Both the position numbers and the translations under genes were made by a program. This document shows positions 26,172 through 30,091 of a stretch of DNA of 30,091 nt, piece after piece. Origin of the DNA: an archaeon (GTDB taxonomy: Archaea; Nanobdellota; Nanobdellia; UBA10117). The number at the start of each line of letters is the position of its first letter. Positions within the stretch are counted from its first letter, which is position 1. The notes beneath the pieces are model-generated. The model did no database searches and was not told the origin of the DNA. It worked only from the letters and a program-made list of their open reading frames with translations. The stretch spans positions 1 through 30,091 of the forward strand of contig JAZDME010000026.1 of NCBI GenBank assembly GCA_043801255.1, read 5' to 3'.

Positions 26172-26672
26172 ATGTTTAGCCCATTCGTAAAAAAACTGAT
26201 GTTTGCGCGCCAGTTCAACATGGAAGACGGCAAAATCGAGTTCCTTGGGGACCGCGAGCTATTGCTGCCAGTCGGGTTAGTAACTGAATTTCAGGCTTTT
26301 GATGTGGATAAAACATACATATTTGCAAAAAAAACATGCATAGCTGAACTTGCGCGCATTACAGCAAGGCTAGGCGTTAAGGGCCCAGAGCTTGTGAAAA
26401 ATCTGACAGAAATTTACGAGGCATTCGGGCTCGGCAGGATAGAAATAAAGGACTTTGATGTTAAAAACGGGCGGGCAATAATCAACATTATGGACTCGCC
26501 AGTTGCAAGGGATTATATCAGAAAAAACAAGTCTTCAAAGAGAGAAACTTGCAACTTTATCGCAGGCATGCTCGCGGGAATAGGCGAGAGCATATTCGGC
26601 AAGAGCATGGAAGCCAAAGAAGTGAAATGCATAGCAAAGGGCGATAATGTCTGCCAGTTTATAGTGAAATAG
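26172..26672 (+). CDS. V4R (4-vinyl reductase) domain protein
   Basis: FGLGRIEI...CNFIAGMLAG...EVKCIAKGDNVCQF; GAGGT RBS. Confidence 0.88.
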   Translation: MFSPFVKKLMFARQFNMEDGKIEFLGDRELLLPVGLVTEFQAFDVDKTYIFAKKTCIAELARITARLGVKGPELVKNLTEIYEAFGLGRIEIKDFDVKNGRAIINIMDSPVARDYIRKNKSSKRETCNFIAGMLAGIGESIFGKSMEAKEVKCIAKGDNVCQFIVK

Positions 26673-26676
26673 ATTT

Positions 26677-26819
26677 CTACGGCTACGACGAGTTCAAAGG
26701 GATATTGATTGAGGGAAGCAAGAATTCCCAACCCGCACAGCAGAACCGAAGCCACAATCAATGGAGATTGCAATGCACAGTCAATGCCAACGGCAGTCGT
26801 CAGTCGTCGCAGCCGTCAG
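26677..26819 (+). repeat. Palindromic repeat family copy 13
   Basis: CTACGGCTACGACGAG..AAAGGGATATTGATTGAGGGAAGCAAG..GAAGCCACAATCAATGG..CAGTCGTCAGTCGTCGCAGCCGTCAG. Confidence 0.82.
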
Positions 26820-26853
26820 AAAGTTTAATATAATCGCAAATTGAGGTATAAAC

Positions 26854-28191
26854 ATGGCCACCGGCAAAAAGAATATTCATGTAGGCACAGGCTTTTCCAA
26901 GAAAGATGATGCTTATTCTGCCGGCAAGGAAGCGGTCGAGTCTGCAATAAAAGAAGCAGGCAAAGCTCCTGACTTTGGATTGGTTTTCTGCTCAGGCGGA
27001 AAATACGGCAAGGACAAAGATACGGTTGCTGCTTTAGTTAAGGGATGCCACGAGGCATTCATGGAAGCAAACCCGAAGTGCAAGTGGGCTGGCTGCACAA
27101 CCGGCGGGGAAATTTCCCCAATGGGCTCAACTAAAGAATCAGTTGTTGTTCTTACTCTGACTTCAGATTATATGAGGTTTGGAATAGGTATCGGGGAAGG
27201 TGTAAGCAAAAAGCCGCAGGACGCAGGATATAGTGCGGCGAAACAGGCTCTTAGAAACGTCAAGCTGAACAAGGAAATGGATTCTTACATGCAGTATGTC
27301 AAAACCAAAAAATACGACCCCGAGCAGCTGATTAAGATGAATCCTTATTCCATTATTTTGCTGGGCAAGGGCCCGAAAAAAGGATTGTTTCCAGGACTGC
27401 CAAAAATGTACAATCTGGAAGCCGTGCTCAGGGGAGTTATTGAAGCGGCAGGCGCGCAGGTTCCGATAATCGGCGGCGGCTCGTTTGACGACTGGAAATA
27501 TGTCATGAATTATCACTTTGCAAACGGCAAGGTTTACGATGAAGCTATTATAGCTATAGCGGTATTCAGCAACCTTTACTTTGCCTCGGGCTTGGCGCAC
27601 GGATTCAAGCCTACAAAAACTCTTTTCTCTGTCGAAAAAGCAGGCACATCAATGGGCAGCAATTATGTGCAGAGGATAAACGGCACAAATGCAGTTGATG
27701 CGTACGCCCGTGTGCTCGGCATAAATGCATGGGAAACAAAAGTCGGCATAAATGAATGGTGCAAAATATCCTTCAAGCACCCTTTTGGGCTGATAGACCC
27801 GTATGGCGAAAACTGGGTAAGGCTGCCAGGCTCAACATTCGGCGGCAAGTTATGGTTTGCGCAGGAAATGAGACAAGGGGCAAATTACACTTTGATGGAA
27901 GGGACTGATGCGAGCTTTATCGGCGCAACAAAGGAAGCCGCGCAAAAAGCAGTAAGCAGAGTTAGAGGCAAAAAGCCCGCAGTTGTTCTGGCGTTCTCAT
28001 GCGCAACAAGAAACTTGTATCTTGGAAAGAAAATAAACAAGGAGATTGAAACTTTCAAAAGATACTTCAAAGGCGTTCCAATAATCGGATTTTACACATT
28101 CCTTGAATTCGGCGGAACCACCGGCAATAAAATGGGAACGCACAACGAAAGCATTACTTTACTGGCAATAACAAACGACTTAATGGTATAG
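26854..28191 (+). CDS. FIST N/FIST C domain protein
   Basis: AGCTTGGEI, PIIGGGSFD, LAHGFKP, FSCATR, IIGFYTFLEFG..HNES motifs. Confidence 0.9.
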   Translation: MATGKKNIHVGTGFSKKDDAYSAGKEAVESAIKEAGKAPDFGLVFCSGGKYGKDKDTVAALVKGCHEAFMEANPKCKWAGCTTGGEISPMGSTKESVVVLTLTSDYMRFGIGIGEGVSKKPQDAGYSAAKQALRNVKLNKEMDSYMQYVKTKKYDPEQLIKMNPYSIILLGKGPKKGLFPGLPKMYNLEAVLRGVIEAAGAQVPIIGGGSFDDWKYVMNYHFANGKVYDEAIIAIAVFSNLYFASGLAHGFKPTKTLFSVEKAGTSMGSNYVQRINGTNAVDAYARVLGINAWETKVGINEWCKISFKHPFGLIDPYGENWVRLPGSTFGGKLWFAQEMRQGANYTLMEGTDASFIGATKEAAQKAVSRVRGKKPAVVLAFSCATRNLYLGKKINKEIETFKRYFKGVPIIGFYTFLEFGGTTGNKMGTHNESITLLAITNDLMV

Positions 28192-28296
28192 TATGCTATA
28201 CAAAAGCATTTAAATTTTTGAGAGGTTTTTGTGAGTGATAAAACTGGCCGCGGTAGATTGCTTGCCAGTTTTTCACGGGAGAAATGGTGAAGAAAA

Positions 28297-29514
28297 ATGA
28301 AATTGGATGAAATCCTGCGGGATGAAAAAAAAGTTTTAAGTATTACAAAATCTGAAATGCCTCGAGAGGAGTTGCTGCAAATTTATGACGCTGTTGCGCG
28401 CGAGATGTTTGAGCACCACTACAAAAACTCGCCAGTTTATCGCGCCATAGCAGATGCGTGGGAAGTAACCCCCGACAACTGGGACGGAGATTTTGCAAAT
28501 CTGCCAACCATAGAGTCTGGGCTATTCAAGGAACCGCATGTTTATGATGAACAGACAATAGCGAAAAGAGAGAGCGTTTTCAGCGTTCCAGCCTCAGAAC
28601 TGGTCCTGCGGCACCACTCAAGCGGAAGCTCCGGGAAAAAAAGCGTTGTTGCAAGAGACCAGGCAACGGTAAACAGGTCCGAGATACTCGAAGGGCTTGC
28701 TGTAAAAGAGATTTACGGGGCGCCGGATGGCGCGTTTGTTGCCATGATGCTGCCGCAGCCCGAGGTTGCATACATGGCGTATGCTGTGAAGCGGTGCTAT
28801 GAAAAGATTGGCTGCGAAGCAAGAACATATATCAATATACAGCCGAACGAAAGGGGCCCGCCGACTGTCACAGTAAATACAAAGGAAATGATGCAGGATA
28901 TCGGCAAAGCTCTCGCAGAGAAAAAGCCCGTAATACTTGTAACAACGCCTGCGGGCTTGATGCTTACAATGAACGGGCTGAAGCAAAACGGGAGGAAACT
29001 GCCTGTTGCACAGGTTGTTCTTGGCGGCGGCTGGTGGCTAAAACCCCACGAAGTTCGCTCTGACGTTCCGGCAGAGACGACGCCGGAGTATCTGCAGAGT
29101 TTGGCAAGTGAAGTTTTTGCTGGAAAACCACTGATATGGGATGCTTTGGGCATGACAGAGATAAGCCTGATAGCCGGAAGCTGCCTTAACGGATATATAA
29201 GAGACCTGCACCCATTGCCTTTCTTGATTCCAGTTATCAAGGATATCAAAACAAAAAAGGCAATTACAGAACCAGGTGTTGAAGGGGAACTCAGCTGGTT
29301 TGACCTGACGAATACAGCTTTTCCAGCATTTTTGAGCACCGGGGACAAAGCAAAGTATGTGAGCACAGGAAAGTGCAGCAATTGCAATTCAAATGCGCCA
29401 GCTGTACGAATACTGGGAAGGATTTTCCAGATTGGGACTGATGAGGATAAGTACGGCTGCAATGCCAATCTGGAGGCGCAGCTGAACACAGTAAAAGATA
29501 AATTGAACTGGTAA
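28297..29514 (+). CDS. LuxE-like acyl-protein synthetase
   Basis: LPTIESGLFK, HSSGSSG adenylation loop, LGMTE, LSTGD, ILGR....GC near the C-terminus (candidate acylated Cys). Confidence 0.78.
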   Translation: MKLDEILRDEKKVLSITKSEMPREELLQIYDAVAREMFEHHYKNSPVYRAIADAWEVTPDNWDGDFANLPTIESGLFKEPHVYDEQTIAKRESVFSVPASELVLRHHSSGSSGKKSVVARDQATVNRSEILEGLAVKEIYGAPDGAFVAMMLPQPEVAYMAYAVKRCYEKIGCEARTYINIQPNERGPPTVTVNTKEMMQDIGKALAEKKPVILVTTPAGLMLTMNGLKQNGRKLPVAQVVLGGGWWLKPHEVRSDVPAETTPEYLQSLASEVFAGKPLIWDALGMTEISLIAGSCLNGYIRDLHPLPFLIPVIKDIKTKKAITEPGVEGELSWFDLTNTAFPAFLSTGDKAKYVSTGKCSNCNSNAPAVRILGRIFQIGTDEDKYGCNANLEAQLNTVKDKLNW

Positions 29515-29515
29515 A

Positions 29516-30091
29516 GTGGGACTTGAAGAAAAACTAGCAAGCTTGCGCAAAGCAAGTGACGAAATCCGGGACAGGAAGCTCGGCACAGCCCATTTTATAG
29601 CGCTTTCAAAAGCTGTTGGCGATAAATGGCTTGAAAGAAAAGGCGAAATTGCTGAAAGATTATCCAAAGATGCAAATTATTCAAAAGCCATGGCATATAT
29701 ATGGGTTGAACCGACAGCCCAGATTTTTTACGGCGCAGAGCAAATTTATGGGCTTCTCGGAAAAAACGGAGCAAGATATCTAGACGAATGGCATCAGGGC
29801 GAAGGTGACAGCTGCAAACGGCATGCTGAGCCATTAGGTGTTGTCGGAGTTGTAGGAGTCCAGAATGCATTCCCGGCAAACATAATGTATATGTGGAATG
29901 TCCTTTCAGTCCCCGGAAATACGGTTTTATTCAAGCCCGCCAGCGGGGACGACGTAACAGTCCACGTAATAAAAGAACTTATCGAAGATGTTATAAAAAA
30001 TGCGGATAAAGACTCGATGCTGCATAATTCGCCATATGTGAATGCAATTGAATCAGAATACTGGAAAGGCGGAGAGGATATTGAAAAGGAA
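29516..30091 (+). CDS. LuxC-like acyl-CoA reductase, 3'-truncated
   Basis: Absent from the ORF track; hand translation from GTG 29516 is open to the window end: YLDEW..RHAEPLGVVG..NAFP..GNTVLFKPAS..YWKGGE, matching remembered LuxC/ALDH-fold N-terminal pattern. Confidence 0.75.
   Translation, partial: MGLEEKLASLRKASDEIRDRKLGTAHFIALSKAVGDKWLERKGEIAERLSKDANYSKAMAYIWVEPTAQIFYGAEQIYGLLGKNGARYLDEWHQGEGDSCKRHAEPLGVVGVVGVQNAFPANIMYMWNVLSVPGNTVLFKPASGDDVTVHVIKELIEDVIKNADKDSMLHNSPYVNAIESEYWKGGEDIEKE

Noticed and set aside
1018-26819. CRISPR array interpretation of the recurring GTCGT/ACGAC motifs
   Set aside because: Copies are dispersed, inverted and variable in length, not regularly spaced direct repeats; no cas genes in the window.
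28240-28272. 9-bp hairpin AAAACTGGC/GCCAGTTTT upstream of the LuxE-like gene as a riboswitch or repeat copy
   Set aside because: Single stem with no family core motif and no recognisable aptamer; may be a simple 5' UTR structure.
294-29879. Numerous 60-250 aa antisense or alternate-frame ORFs in the track (e.g. 1193..1555, 8437..8922, 17736..18338, 28797..29555)
   Set aside because: They overlap well-supported genes, lack recognisable motifs and look like shadow ORFs.

Overview
Archaeal chromosomal window, probably a DPANN-type lineage (inferred from gene content, not placed phylogenetically). Housekeeping genes: thermosome, class I CCA-adding enzyme, PAP2 phosphatase, DnaG, short TrmI, SecF/SecD. 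It also holds an ~11 kb type IV pilus locus (nine class III signal peptide proteins, an assembly ATPase, two TadC/T2SSF proteins), a low-GC DUF4258/YgiT-finger-like pair, and a SpoIIM-V4R-FIST-LuxE-LuxC run. The most unusual content is not in the ORF track. (1) Thirteen copies of a 110-235 bp palindromic repeat with (GAC/TAC)n...(GTC/GTA)n ends, 12 of them directly after a stop codon; three copies lie in frame inside the cleavable leaders of pilin-like proteins. (2) Two intron-split tRNAs: Val-CAC with a 99-nt D-loop intron, and Pro-CGG with 43-nt and 103-nt introns. The two ~100-nt introns are homologous structured RNAs at different tRNA positions, and the 43-nt intron resembles a hairpin module of the intergenic repeats. 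(3) An unannotated 35-aa peptide with six alternating cysteines upstream of dnaG. All calls are by eye; no searches or folding were run.
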